A DNA stretch of 64,000 nucleotides from positions 98,084,001 through 98,148,000 of the forward strand of contig OX597817.1 in NCBI GenBank assembly GCA_951406725.2, written 5' to 3'. Source of the stretch: Octopus vulgaris. Its lineage: Eukaryota. This document shows, one piece after another, positions 12,431 through 25,498 of this stretch. The translations under genes were made by a program, and so were the position numbers. The notes beneath the pieces were generated by a model. That model made no database searches. It was given only the letters and a program-made list of their open reading frames with translations, and was not told the DNA's origin. The first letter of the stretch is position 1; each line of letters starts with the position of its first letter.

Positions 12431-15400
12431 CAAACTGAAAATTTCCTAGTGTTACGCAAAATCATAACATACTGCAAAACAATCGCCACATTTGTTTTGG
12501 CAGTTTACAATCAGCAGCCTCAGTTAACGCCAGGTGCAGATGATTGTCGTCTTCAAGAAATCCGTGCCTCACACACGCCTCCCTGTAAGTGGGACAAATT
12601 GTGCCATCAAACATTCTGAGTTCAGCAAATGACTTGGGTCCTCTAACTTGATGCAATAGAGTTCTCAAGAAGAAGCACTCTTGTGCACGTGGATGAACAG
12701 TGAAAAGACGTCCGATTGCATCACTTCTCTTTACACCGGGCCAATTATTGACATCTTTTCCATTTTTCCTCCGACTCCATGATTTCTTTGACCATGTATA
12801 GTAAACTGGTACGTTGTCGTAGAGAAGTGTTGCAGCAAATACATCTCAGGAGCAAAGTTTGAAGAATGCCGTAAGTTTTGTCTCCGGCAGCTGCTGAGCG
12901 ACAATTTGGGCATTCCGTTCCGTGAAATAGGTGCGCTGCCCATTCTCCAAATGAACATGAAGAGTGAAAATAGCAGAGTAGGACTCGTGAACGTCAAAAC
13001 AGAAAATCCTCCATGCCACCATATTGGAAGAAATGTATCACCCCATGACATATAGCTGGATTTCGTCATTTTCATTCACGCCACCACTGATGCCAATCAC
13101 CGCCATATCGCCGCCCTTGTTAATGTATTTGCATATGTATTTGATGCTTCTAACGGAGGTGCAGCTCTTGACGTTGACATGTGCTTTGAAGATTTTTGCG
13201 AGCAGGGGGTTGAGAGGACCACAGGGTCCATGCAAAAGGTTGGTCAAAACAATCTTATGAAGCTCTGGATCAACGGTGGGATCTGGAAGCTCAGCACTGA
13301 TAACTCTATCGATGTCTGCAGGCCTAATTTTTTCTTTGCACCAAATAATATGTGCGTGCGGAAGGCCCTGCTTCTGCCATTCCACAGAGTACATCCAGGC
13401 ATTAAGAGGACCGTAGATTTTCTCCTTCTTCAGCAAGGACATCAGGAGATTAAGCTTGAGTTTGAAGACTCGCGCAATTATGTCATGTCAGTCACTTGGT
13501 TCTTATCCAGGGAATAGATTTTCTTTAATCTCTGTCCATTGGGTTGCACATGAATGTTATAAAGAGATCAGGGCGGCCAAACTTGCGGACATAGGCCATT
13601 GCGTCTTGTATCTGCTTATGCATATATCGAGGTGATCCAGTGAAGGTTGACGGGAGGATCACATGATGGCCAATGTTGGTTGCATCACCATTAGTCTGTA
13701 AAGCATCATTGAGTTGAACTTATTCAGCAGCTTTAAGTTCTTTTTGATGGGTTCGGATGTAGAGAAGCCGTTCTGATTTGATCTTGGCGTACATATCGAC
13801 CAAGAACTGGTTGGTGAGCTCCCTAAACCTAAGCAGCTGGTTGAATTCGGTGTTGTGAATCATCAGTCGGTAAGCGTAAAACGCCTTGCATGGAACGGTT
13901 TTTTGCACTGAGACTCCAGTTGTCGGATAACCTGCTGTATCTTGAAGTGGTAGCGGGTACTGCAGACAGTCATAAGCCCGGTGGGTTTCTGAGACGGATT
14001 ACTATCGGTTGTCACGATGATGGAGAACAATGTCGCATGAGCCATGTTCTTCCTCAACCATTATGGCGGCAATTTCATTTGTTGTTGGGGCGTTGAAACA
14101 TCTTGGATGCTCACCGGCTGGTGTCTTGTCTGCTCTGATAACTAATTCCATCTCAGGTCTTGAGTTCAAAAACTCTGCCGCAGTTTTTAGCTCACGGACG
14201 TAAGGGTGGCCATGGTGGAGCATTGTTTGAAGCTCTGCAATGATATTGCGACTTAAACGGGGGTTTTTGCTGCATCTATGAGAAAGTTTTTGCTCATGTC
14301 CACCCATGAAGAAAACCTGCATAAATCGTGGCTCCTCTCCTGGTTGTGGGAGTAGACTCCCAATTTTGTGGTAACACTGGCCCTGAATTTGGAAAGTAAA
14401 AAGCTTTTCTTTGGGCCTTGTAACAGTGGTTCGAGAAGTGCTGGCGACCTCAGTGTTGTCAGTGTTTGTTCTTGTAATTCGGCTGTCACTCACACCAAAA
14501 GACGTCATCGACAAACATGAGTTTTATCTCCATAAACTCTTTCGAAACAGCTTTCCATGGTCAGAGTCACTGATGAGAAGGCCTTGGAGTATTTCTGGAG
14601 GAGCAGCCAGTGCCTCAAGATGAACTTTGCCCCCCGGAACAGCAGAGACCCGGAGTCTCCCCTCTCCACTTTTTCGCTCCGCAGTATTTGCAAACTTGAT
14701 CCATCTGTCCAATAGAAACGACAGCTCGACTCGTGTAGTCATAATTAGGATTGGAGTTGAAACCCGCCATCAACCAAAAATTTTGTTCTGGACGATGTCG
14801 TTGTTGTCTTCAACGTTGCTGGTCCTGCAAACGAATCTCCCTAGCCTCCTCATTCTCCATCATACGGGTGAATTGATTTCTTTCACGCTGAGCAGAAAGA
14901 CGTGATTCTCTGGCAGCAGGAGTCTCGCTTCTTGGTGATCACCTGGTGGATTGGGAGAAAGGGCGATGCTCACATGCCTCATTACTCTCTTCGATGTATG
15001 AAAGGGTTGCACTATCATTTGGTTCAGCAACAGGAAATTCCACTGATTGCGGAGTTTCCTCAGAAGGAAGACCCTGTAGAGATGGATAGCATCGTTCAAA
15101 ATAGTAAAGCTAATGATTATTTGGTAAAGCCAATGTAATAGTAGTAAATTGTATTTTTGGATAGTCAAGTCTGGTATACTTCTTAAATAAAAAAAACCCC
15201 AGAAAAATCAAGTCATAATTCAAACAAATTGTGCAATTAATTTTTTTTGATAAAGAATAAAGCATGTGACTTATAAGTAATAATTATTTTTAGTTCGACA
15301 GGAATACATTCACTGCCATGACTTTAATGTTATGTATTAAAAAGAATAATTAAATGAAAATAAAGCAATGGCAAAATTAATATGTTAAGTTTTAGCAATC

Positions 15401-16333
15401 ACATAGTAGTATGTGTTCAATACCAAGATAAGCTGCAAATATTATGGATATTTGGTAGGCAGTCCAACAAACAGTTATTTTACTAAACAAATTGTCCAAG
15501 AAAACGTCGTAAATATTGACACACACTTGATTTTTCATGAATGTTAAACAGATTTGAATAATTAGGTTCTAATGTAAACATTGCAGCCACTGTTTTTATG
15601 GTATTAATCAAAGTTGAAATAATAGATCAGATGCTAAAAATAGTAATGAATTGTATGTATAAAAATGTCTGGGTAATATTGTAAGTCAATGGAGATATCA
15701 CATTTGCACATTTTAGGTTACTTGTAAAAGGGCCATTTCATTTTAAATATTATGATCATGAAAATATGCTGAATAGAAGAGTTTAAATGAAAAAAAAAAC
15801 GAACCACAACTTGAGAGAAGTAGCCTAATTGGGAAAGAGTAAACAAAAAGAGAAGGTATATAAAGTTTAATTTATAGCAAGATTGAATGAAAATGAATAG
15901 ATCAGAGAAATTCCTTAGATTCATATAGACAACCAGGATTCAAGTTTTAAATAACGGCACGGAAAAAGAGTAAGTTCAGCAATATTTCAACAAAAAATGT
16001 AATATTTAGGCAAAAAGCGTACCTGTGCATGGGCTTCCCTTCTTTGCAATTTACGGGTTCTATTTCGCTTATCAGAAAGTTTTGAGCGTTTTCGGTTTGG
16101 CATATAGTAAAAGCTTATTGTACAAAAAACTTAAATTTTTGAAATCACATTCACTTAGAAATATTACTAAATAATTAGTCACTGGACAATGTGCAATTGT
16201 TTACATAAGATCGTCACTTTCCGAAAACTTTTTATTTTTTTATATATGTGGGATGGGGGAGGGTATCATAAAAGCTAGACAGATAGAGCGCGAAGTTCTT
16301 TTGAAGTTGGCGTTCCGTTTGTGTGTGTGCGTG

Positions 16334-16376
<43 letters not shown>

Positions 16377-16548
16377 ATGTGTGTGTGTGTGTCTCGCACA
16401 CCCCATCAAACACACACACACTCTCTCTCTCACACACATACCCACGCATGCACATCCAATCTTCCGATTGAGACTAACATGAAAAGATCCCATTTTCCCC
16501 CCAACCCCATATGTAAAGATATATATGTATACACATTATATATTTATA

Positions 16549-16598
<50 letters not shown>

Positions 16599-17197
16599 TA
16601 TATATAAAAATTAACACAATATATATCTGATTAATAATATCTGTTATGATTGTGCGATAGTGGTGGGCGATAATATGTCAGCGTTCTAAATGACGGGAAT
16701 ATCTAAACTGTTGCTACTGTCACGCTTTCTCTGTATACATAGAGGCAGAAAGTAGAGTGAGAAAGGTGGTGGGAGAAAGAGTGACAGAGAGATGGCAAAG
16801 CTGTGAAACGTTGTTATAGACAGAAAGTGCAGACAGACGTACAGAGAGAGAGAGAGGATGTGAAAGAAAGAGTGACAGCGCTGGCGAAGGCAGCGAGGGA
16901 AAGATAGTGAAAACTTCAAACGTTGTTGTAGAAAGAAAGTGATGGAAAGGGAGGAAAGAGAGAGATGGAAGGAGAAGGGGTGATAACGATTAGAGAGAAA
17001 AAACAAACACTTGACAATTTTCACTCTCTTTGCCATAGCAACCACATCTTTATAGCTTACAAATTTTAACTATCACAGGTCGGATCATCACCATGCATTC
17101 AGGACCCCTGCCAATTTTCAGCTCGATCCTAGCACAACTAGTGCCATTCAATCCGTACCAAAGCCAGAGTGTCAAGTTTTTTTCCTCTTTTATATAG
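12431..17197 (-). mobile_element. Decayed Helitron: Rep domain fragments, helicase missing, putative 5' end near 17197
   Basis: MTSFG..FQIQGQCYHKIGSLLP; QFLVDMYAKI.SERL; VEWQKQGLPHAHI (HUH); SIKYICKYINKG; LLHQVRGPKSF..TYREAC. Coding relics span about 12431-15100. The upstream limit is inferred from a CTATATAAAA...GATCGAGCTGAAAATTGGCA end motif. Confidence 0.85.
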
Positions 17198-17311
17198 GTG
17201 GAATAACTAAATTTGAGTTAATTTCTTTCAATTCTTTTAATATGTCCTCGCTGGTAATTTTATCCAAAGATAATATATATATATTTTATCCAAAGATAAT
17301 ATATATATATA

Positions 17312-18411
17312 TTCCATTAACACTCAAATAGTGAGCGGTGTTCCGCAGGGCACTGTTTTGGGACCACTACTGTTCATTATGGCCCTCTCAGACATGCCCA
17401 CGCAGAGAGCCACGATCACAAGTTATGCAGATAATACAAAAGTTTCACAGGCAATACAGAACCCTGAAGACACTAAACACCTGCAATGTGAGCTGGACAA
17501 AATATACAAGTGGGCTGAAAAGAATAGCATGCAGTTCAATGCTGAAAAGTTTCAAGCTTTATGTTATCAGCATGCAAAACTAAATGCAATACCCAATGAA
17601 TACACTGGACCCGGAGGGATTGCAATCCCAGAGGCACAATCAGTGCGTGACCTGAGTATTTACATGAGTGATGACGCAACCTTTCATATACATGTTGCTA
17701 AATTGGGAATGAAATGTAGGCGGCTGGCCAGATGGATTCTTAGAACCTTTAGAACAAGAGACCAAGAAACCATGATGGTCCTCTGAAGGACACTTGTCCT
17801 AAGCCACTTTGACTATTGCTCTCAGCTATGGTCACCATCAGTGTCAAGTTGATCACAGAACTTAAGGCGATCCAACAAAGCTACACGAAGAAGATAGCCA
17901 CTGTGCAGCTAATAAGCTACTGGGAAAAACTCAAGATATTAAAACTCTATTCCTTGGAGCGTAGGCGAGAAAGATATGCCATAATATACATCTGGAAGAT
18001 CCTGGAAGGACTTGTCCCAAACTTTGGCATCGAGAGTTACACAAATGCCAGAACTGGGCGCCACTGCGTGGTGCCAAGGACTCCAAATTTGCCATCAAGA
18101 TGTAGGACAAGATACTGTGACAGCCTGGGCTTCAGAGGCCCACATCTCTTCAATATCCTCTCGAAGAACCTGAGGGACCTGCATGGGGTGGATGCGGATG
18201 TCTTTAAAGTAAGACTGGATCTCTTCCTGTCAGGTGTCCCAGATGAACCAACTTCACGGCAGGAGGTGCAGCTGAGAGCAGCTGCATCGAACTCTCTCAT
18301 GCACCAAATGGCAGTTGCTAAAAAGCATTCATGAAGTAAAATCATGCAGCAACACCAAATGGCAGTGCCCCAGCATGGCCACAGCTCGTGAGCTGAAACT
18401 AGATAAAATAA

Positions 18412-18418
<7 letters not shown>
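17312..18418 (+). mobile_element. 5'-truncated CR1-group LINE, same family as 2491-4107
   Basis: GVPQGTVLGPLLF, YADNTK (catalytic Asp mutated), a stop and a frameshift, and the same 3' double hairpin. Confidence 0.92.
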
Positions 18419-18461
<43 letters not shown>

Positions 18462-18482
18462 GTGTATATATATATATATATA

Positions 18483-18887
18483 GGCGCAGGAGTGGCTGTG
18501 TGGTAAGTAGCTTGTTTACCAACCACATGGTTCCGGGTTCAGTCTCACTGCGTGGCACCTTGGGTTAGTGTCTTCTACTATAGCCTCGGGCCAACCAAAG
18601 CCTTGTGAGTGGATTTGGTAGACGGAAACTGAAAGAAGCCCGTCGTATATATGCATATATATGTGTGTGTGTGTTTGTGTGTCTGTGTTTGTCCCCCCTA
18701 GCATTGCTTGACAACCGATGCTGGTGTGTTTATGTCCCCGTTACTTAGCGGTTCGGCAAAAAGAGACCGATAGAATAAGTACTGGGCTTACAAAAGAATA
18801 AGTCCCGGGGTCGAGCTTCTCGATTAAAGGCGGTGCTCCAGCATGGCCGCAGTCAAATGACTGAAACAAGTAAAAGAGTAAAAGAGA

Positions 18888-18888
<1 letters not shown>
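18483..18888 (+). mobile_element. tRNA-derived CORE-type SINE (family S2)
   Basis: A box TGGCTGTGTGG and B box GGTTCAGTC. CORE-like GGCACCTTGGG..AGTGTCTTCTACTATAGCCTC. LINE-like 3' end and (GTAAAAGA)n tail. Confidence 0.85.
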
Positions 18889-18921
<33 letters not shown>

Positions 18922-18939
18922 AAGTAGATATATATACTA

Positions 18940-18972
<33 letters not shown>

Positions 18973-19342
18973 TTATAAATTGAGATAGGGGTTGAAAATT
19001 CAACCCACCATGGGATAATATATATCCAATATACTGCTAGATAGGTACCCAACAAAATTAATACATAGATGTTAAAAATTGTCAAACAATCAGTTCATCT
19101 ATTGTATTATATGGGTAAAGGTAATAATATTACCGTAAATTAATACTACAAAATTAGAGAATGGAGAAACATACTTAAATCAGTAAAACATCAACTATCC
19201 GATGATACTCAATCCATACTTTAATACACCATTACATATGAGTAAAGGCAATATATAAAATGAAATGAGATATACAGTAATAGTAAAAAGATAAAGAGAT
19301 ATAAGTAAAAAATTTCAAATATAATATGCAAATAAATCAAAA

Positions 19343-19450
19343 CTGACAGCTGTTTCGGCAGTGAGGGCAGTCATACCTCATTTAACCTATAAGCCATAAA
19401 GGCAGGTATAAATGAGGCATTAACAAGGATGCCCCACGGCCTCTTCAGAG
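19343..19450 (-). ncRNA. Hammerhead motif with very long stem II (left arm)
   Basis: Reverse complement of 21754-21860. Confidence 0.7.
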
Positions 19451-19796
19451 AATTAAATTAAATTTGTTATAATAGTGAAAAATATTATATAATCATATAC
19501 ATATAAATATAAAAATATAAAAATGTAAAATATAAAAACTTATACATCATAATGCTACACTTATATAATATAATACACATTTGTACAAAAAAGGAAGGTA
19601 AACAGAACAAAATAAAACAAAATATATAACAGTGTATATATTAATATTAATAAGTACCGATATTATACATATTTGGCTAATAGTTTTTTTTATAAAAAAA
19701 AGGCTAACACATATGGAGATGAAAAATAATAATTAAAACCATGGTACAGTTCATAAAATTCTAAAGCTATAAAAGTTAATAAAAATTACTATTAAT

Positions 19797-19853
<57 letters not shown>

Positions 19854-21362
19854 TAATAAAAATAGATACAGTTAAGTTAGCACCAAGTCCATCCTTTCAA
19901 GATCGAAATACTATGAGTTAAGAAATGCTGACCACTAGGTAAAGAAAATTTAGATTAATTCGATTGGCTATTGGTTTGAAATTTAAATCACAAAAGAAAA
20001 TTATACGGTTGGTTAGTCAGGAACGCCAATATTCACACACGCATCTACAGATCAATCGCACATACACACATAGTTATATGTATATACATACACTTATACA
20101 CATACATAATCACAAGCAACAACTAGCACTTAGATAAACAAAAAAGGGAAGCATCTATGCTACCATTTAGTCCTTCAAAATTATAACTGTGCCTCAATAA
20201 CAAAAAAAGAACCATCCATGCATTCCATAAAATATTTAATTTAGATATAAATATATTTTTAAATATCAGTATGTTACTAAGTCAGATATTATTCAACAAT
20301 ATAACATATATATTCACTTTATTTATTTTTTATTTATTTTCCATTTTATTGTAATGTTATCAATCTTTGCATCTAGTCTTCTATTTATTTATTTATTTGC
20401 CTATTTAAGTGTAGATGTTTACATACATATCAAGTCATCTAATTTGTTACCTATTTATTTTTTTACTTATTTACTTATACTGGGGTAGTTTTATACATAC
20501 ATATCTATCATTTATTTTTATTTAATTTTAATAATATATGAATACATATATACTGGTTTGTACTTATAATTATGTGTATAACCGTATTTATTCCTTCGTA
20601 TTTATTCCTTCTTATTTATTTTATCACTTTTCATCTTAAGTCTTTATAATATAAAATTTATTTAAAATTTCTGTGATGTTCTCATAAGCGTTTACATTAG
20701 TACTTCCCCTTCTATTTTTAATGCCTAAACTGGTATATTATGGCACTATATTTATTAAGTTAATAAGTGACTTATTTATAATATTTAAATTAATATATAT
20801 TTTATATTTTATATTTTATAATTTAGCGTACTTAAAATCATAACAAACTTACGATAAATCTAACAACCGTATGTTTACTCTGCAACAAACCGGTGTTATA
20901 AATTTTAAGTTACCCATGAAATAATTATCTGACTTAGTAACATACTGATATTTAAAAATATATTTATATCTAAATTAAATATTTTATGGAATGCATGGAT
21001 GGTTCTTTTTTTGTTATTGAGGCACAGTTATAATTTTGAAGGACTAAATGGTAGCATAGTTGCTTCCCTTTTTTGTTTATCTAAGTGCTAGTTGTTGCTT
21101 GTGATTATGTATGTGTATAAGTGTATGTATATACATATAACTATGTGTGTATGTGCGATTGATCTGTAGATGCGTGTGTGAATATTGGCGTTCCCTGACT
21201 AACCAACCGTATAATTTTCTTTTGTGATTTAAATTTCAAACCAATAGCCAATCGAATTAATCTAAATTTTCTTTACCTAGTGGTCAGCATTTCTTAACTC
21301 ATAGTTATTTCGATCTTGAAAGGATGGACTTGGTGCTAACTTAACTGTATCTATTTTTATTA

Positions 21363-21413
<51 letters not shown>

Positions 21414-21753
21414 AGTAATTTTTATTAACTTTTATAGCTTTAGAATTTTATGAACTGTACCATGGTTTTAATTATTATTTTTCATCTCCATATGTGTTAG
21501 CCTTTTTTTTATAAAAAAAACTATTAGCCAAATATGTATAATATCGGTACTTATTAATATTAATATATACACTGTTATATATTTTGTTTTATTTTGTTCT
21601 GTTTACCTTCCTTTTTTGTACAAATGTGTATTATATTATATAAGTGTAGCATTATGATGTATAAGTTTTTATATTTTACATTTTTATATTTTTATATTTA
21701 TATGTATATGATTATATAATATTTTTCACTATTATAACAAATTTAATTTAATT

Positions 21754-21860
21754 CTCTGAAGAGGCCGTGGGGCATCCTTGTTAATGCCTCATTTATACCT
21801 GCCTTTATGGCTTATAGGTTAAATGAGGTATGACTGCCTCACTGCCGAAACAGCTGTCAG
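21754..21860 (+). ncRNA. Hammerhead motif with very long stem II (right arm)
   Basis: CT-CTGAAGA-GGC.GTGGGGCA...TGCCTCATTTA...TAAATGAGGTA...TGCCTCAC.GCC-GAAAC-AGCT-GTC-AG. Palindromic stem III; stem I is weak. Confidence 0.7.
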
Positions 21861-22055
21861 TTTTGATTTATTTGCATATTATATTTGAAATTTTTTACTT
21901 ATATCTCTTTATCTTTTTACTATTACTGTATATCTCATTTCATTTTATATATTGCCTTTACTCATATGTAATGGTGTATTAAAGTATGGATTGAGTATCA
22001 TCGGATAGTTGATGTTTTACTGATTTAAGTATGTTTCTCCATTCTCTAATTTTGT

Positions 22056-22350
<295 letters not shown>

Positions 22351-22354
<4 letters not shown>

Positions 22355-23235
22355 TTAATAGTATTTTAGAATGCCTATAAATGGAATTTAAAATTATTTT
22401 TATGCATGCGTACATTTAAACTAATTAAATATTATCTTACAGAATAATAGAATTAAAATTTATTTGATTAAAACCCTTTCTAACATGGAAGTATCCAAAG
22501 AGCATTTGAGGCATATAATGCTTTATGAGTACAAAAAAAGGAAATTCTGCAGCTAAAGAGATTCGAAACATACACTCACTTCATACAAAAGAATGCTTTA
22601 ATGAAAGAACTTGCAGAAGATGATTTGCAAAATTCAGAAGTGGACATTTCAGCCTTGAAGATGAAGATCGAACAGGATGTCCAGTTGAGTTTGATGATAA
22701 GCTCCTTGAGGCAATACTTGAAGAAAATCCTGCATTATCAGTTGAAGAATTGGCAATAAAGCTTAGTTCAAAACATACAACTGTTCATCGTCATCTTCAA
22801 CAACTTAGAAAGGTCCCTAAACTTGATAAATCGGTGCTTCATGAATTGTACCAAAGCAACCACGAATCCTGAGTGAACATCTGCTCTTCTCTCCATTCTC
22901 GTGAACTCATTTCACCCTTTTTGGATAGACTTGTGACTGGTGACAAAAAATGAATCTTCTATCGAAATGTTAAACGTTGTAAACAATGGCTTGGTAAAAG
23001 GGAAAAAGCACAATCACAACCAAGAAGGGAACTTCATGGAAACAAGGTTCTTCTCTCTATCTAGTTGGATTGCAAAGGAGTAATTCACTGAATTATTACC
23101 ACCTAATGCAATAATCAATGCTCAAGTCAACTGTTAGCAATTAGAGCATTTGAAACAAGCTTTGAAGAAAGAAGATCCGCTTTAGTGAATCAAAAAGGAG
23201 TGATGTTTCATCAGGACAATGCACAACCCCACATT
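22351..23235 (+). mobile_element. Mariner transposase pseudogene (truncated)
   Basis: MEVSKEHLRHIMLYEY.., FAKFRSGHFSLEDEDRTG, LDRLVTGDKK, FHQDNAQPH, with stops and frameshifts. Confidence 0.88.
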
Positions 23236-23614
23236 TTAAAATTGAATTTGTTCGCTTTACGTGGATGTATAAACTATATTATGATTATCTGATTTATATA
23301 CTTATACGCATATAATCTTATATAAGTATATGTATATGAATGAATATATATATATTGAACCTTGTATCGTGAATTTTTGATAAGTTAGTAGACATTATTA
23401 TAGTATGTATGATCTGTTGATGATTATCGTTAATGCAATAACATTTTTGTTACTGATTAACATAGTAATGTATATACGTTCTAATATATTTACATAAGTA
23501 TACGACACATGGTATATTTAATATAATATATTGTTCAATGGTGTTCATTAATGTATTTTGCGCATGTGAATAGTTTGTATGATTTACATATGTATGTATA
23601 CATATATATATATA

Positions 23615-23825
23615 TAGATCGCCATGTTGATTCGCTAGCCTCTGCACGCATTTTTTTTCTCTCCTTCTTTCTGTATTTCTTTTCTGTGTATCTTTCTGTT
23701 GAAGAGCGTAGGCTCGAAACGTAAAAGACTTGTTTTATTTATATTCCTGAGTGCCATACTAATACAATTGTTTGTTTGTATTCCACCTGCCTTCGTCTTT
23801 AGTCTATTTTCATAAAGCTTCCCGT
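23615..23825 (+). mobile_element. Family H1 short repeat with variant minimal hammerhead at 23691-23728
   Basis: TCTTT-CTGTTGAA-GAGC-GTAG-GCTC-GAAAC-GTA-AAAGA, flanked by (TA)n. Confidence 0.7.
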
Positions 23826-23879
23826 TATATAAATATATATATGTACATATATATATATGGGTATATATATGTATATTTG

Positions 23880-24725
23880 TTTATTGTTTATTTGTATATA
23901 TTAAATAATACATGCAGCATGTTTAGTATATTAATATTATTATTATATTTTTATAGTTAATTATAACCTCTGACGAGGCCTATGGTTCTTTTAACCCATC
24001 ATCATCATCATCATTTAACGTCCGCTTTCCATGCTAGCATGGGTTGGACGGTTCAACTGGGGTCTGGGGAGCCCGAAAGCTGCACCAGTCCAGTCAGATC
24101 TGGCAGTGTTTCTACAGCTGGATGCCCTTCCTAACGCCAACCACTCCGAGAGTGTAGTGGGTGATTTTATGTGCCACCGACACAGGTGCCAGACGAGGCT
24201 GGCAAACGGCCACGCTCGGATGGTGTTTTTTATGTGCCACCGACACATAAGTATTATATTTTTTAAATGCCTAACACCCTAGTATGTTGACATCTATAGG
24301 CAAAGAAAACTTAGATTCACTGTTGACCATAGGCTGAAACAGCTGTAAGAACTAATTTCTGGATTTCATTAATTTATAATATGACTTTTAAAAACTATAT
24401 TTGTATTATTATATTATCTATTGATTTATATAATATTTTGTATGCATTTGATGTTCTCATTTGTAAAATGAATAAATAATCTAACATTATAATATCCGTA
24501 AGTTGATGAACAAACTGGATTTGTTTCTCCATTTTCTTATTTGTATTATAAATTTACAGTAAAAATATTTCTTTACCTTCACCAGTTTAATACAATAAAT
24601 GAATTAATTGCATTGCAATTAAAAACATTTATGTATTAAGAATTTGGGTACTTTACCAACAGTATATTGGATAAATGATATCCCATAGTGGGTTACACCC
24701 ATAACCCCTATCTTACTTTGTATTA
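23880..24725 (+). mobile_element. Family H2 element whose hammerhead (23968-24349) is interrupted by an RTE fragment
   Basis: CTGACGA-GGCCTATGGTT...GACCATAGGCT-GAAAC-AGCT-GTA-AG. The terminus is homologous to the reverse complement of 18975-19200. Confidence 0.7.
23997..24248 (-). mobile_element. RTE 3' fragment
   Basis: Near-identical to the reverse complement of 62720-62973. Confidence 0.92.
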
Positions 24726-24754
24726 TATATATATATCATGTATATATATATTAT

Positions 24755-24935
24755 CTGGACCTCTTCCTGTTGAGAGTCCCAGATGAACCTACCTCACGGC
24801 AAGAGGTGCAAATGAGGGTAGCTATATCAAACTCCATTCTTCACCTAGTGCCACATATTAGAGGAGGCTCTTAGTAATAACAGTGTAGCAGAACGGCGGT
24901 GCATCAGCATAGCCGCAGCTGAGCTGAAACTACAG
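24755..24935 (+). mobile_element. CR1-group LINE 3' fragment
   Basis: LDLFLLRVPDEPTSRQEVQMR followed by the GGCGGTGC..GCAT.GCC.CAGCT GAGCTGAAAC terminus. Confidence 0.8.
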
Positions 24936-24994
24936 AGAGAAAAAAAAAATATATATATATATCATACATATATATATATATCACATATATATAT

Positions 24995-25073
<79 letters not shown>

Positions 25074-25462
25074 TACAAAATTAGAAAACGGAGAAACATA
25101 CTTAAATCAATCAAATATCAACCATCAGATGATACCCAATCAATACTTTATTACACCATTACCTAACAGTAAAGGCATTATACAAAATATATAGTAAATA
25201 TAATTAGACAATGAAATAGACATATAAAATATAAAATATAATATATAATTATATATTTATATATATATATATATCACATATATATATCACATAAATATAT
25301 ATAAATATATAATTATATATTTATATATATATATATATCACATAAATATATATAAATATATAATTATATATTTATATATATATATATATATATCACATAT
25401 ATATATCACATATATATATATATCACACATATATATATATCACACACACACACACATATATA

Positions 25463-25498
<36 letters not shown>

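Larger units (their letters stand above)
18975..22055. mobile_element. Non-coding PLE-like element (family H2) with a 1.14-kb near-perfect inverted duplication (19148-20288 / 20927-22055)
   Basis: Arms are reverse complements with only a few indels or substitutions, and each holds a hammerhead. The terminus GAGATAGGGGTT...ATGGGATA..ATCCAATATACTG recurs at 24620-24722 and 53452-56520. Confidence 0.8.

Noticed and set aside
18385-18412. Stem-loop plus GAAAC at LINE/SINE 3' ends as a hammerhead
   Set aside because: No CUGANGA-like box or closing stem I; treated as an RT-recognition hairpin.
18483-18555. tRNA gene (also 8670 and 26628)
   Set aside because: A and B boxes are present but there is no complete cloverleaf and the sequence continues into SINE bodies.
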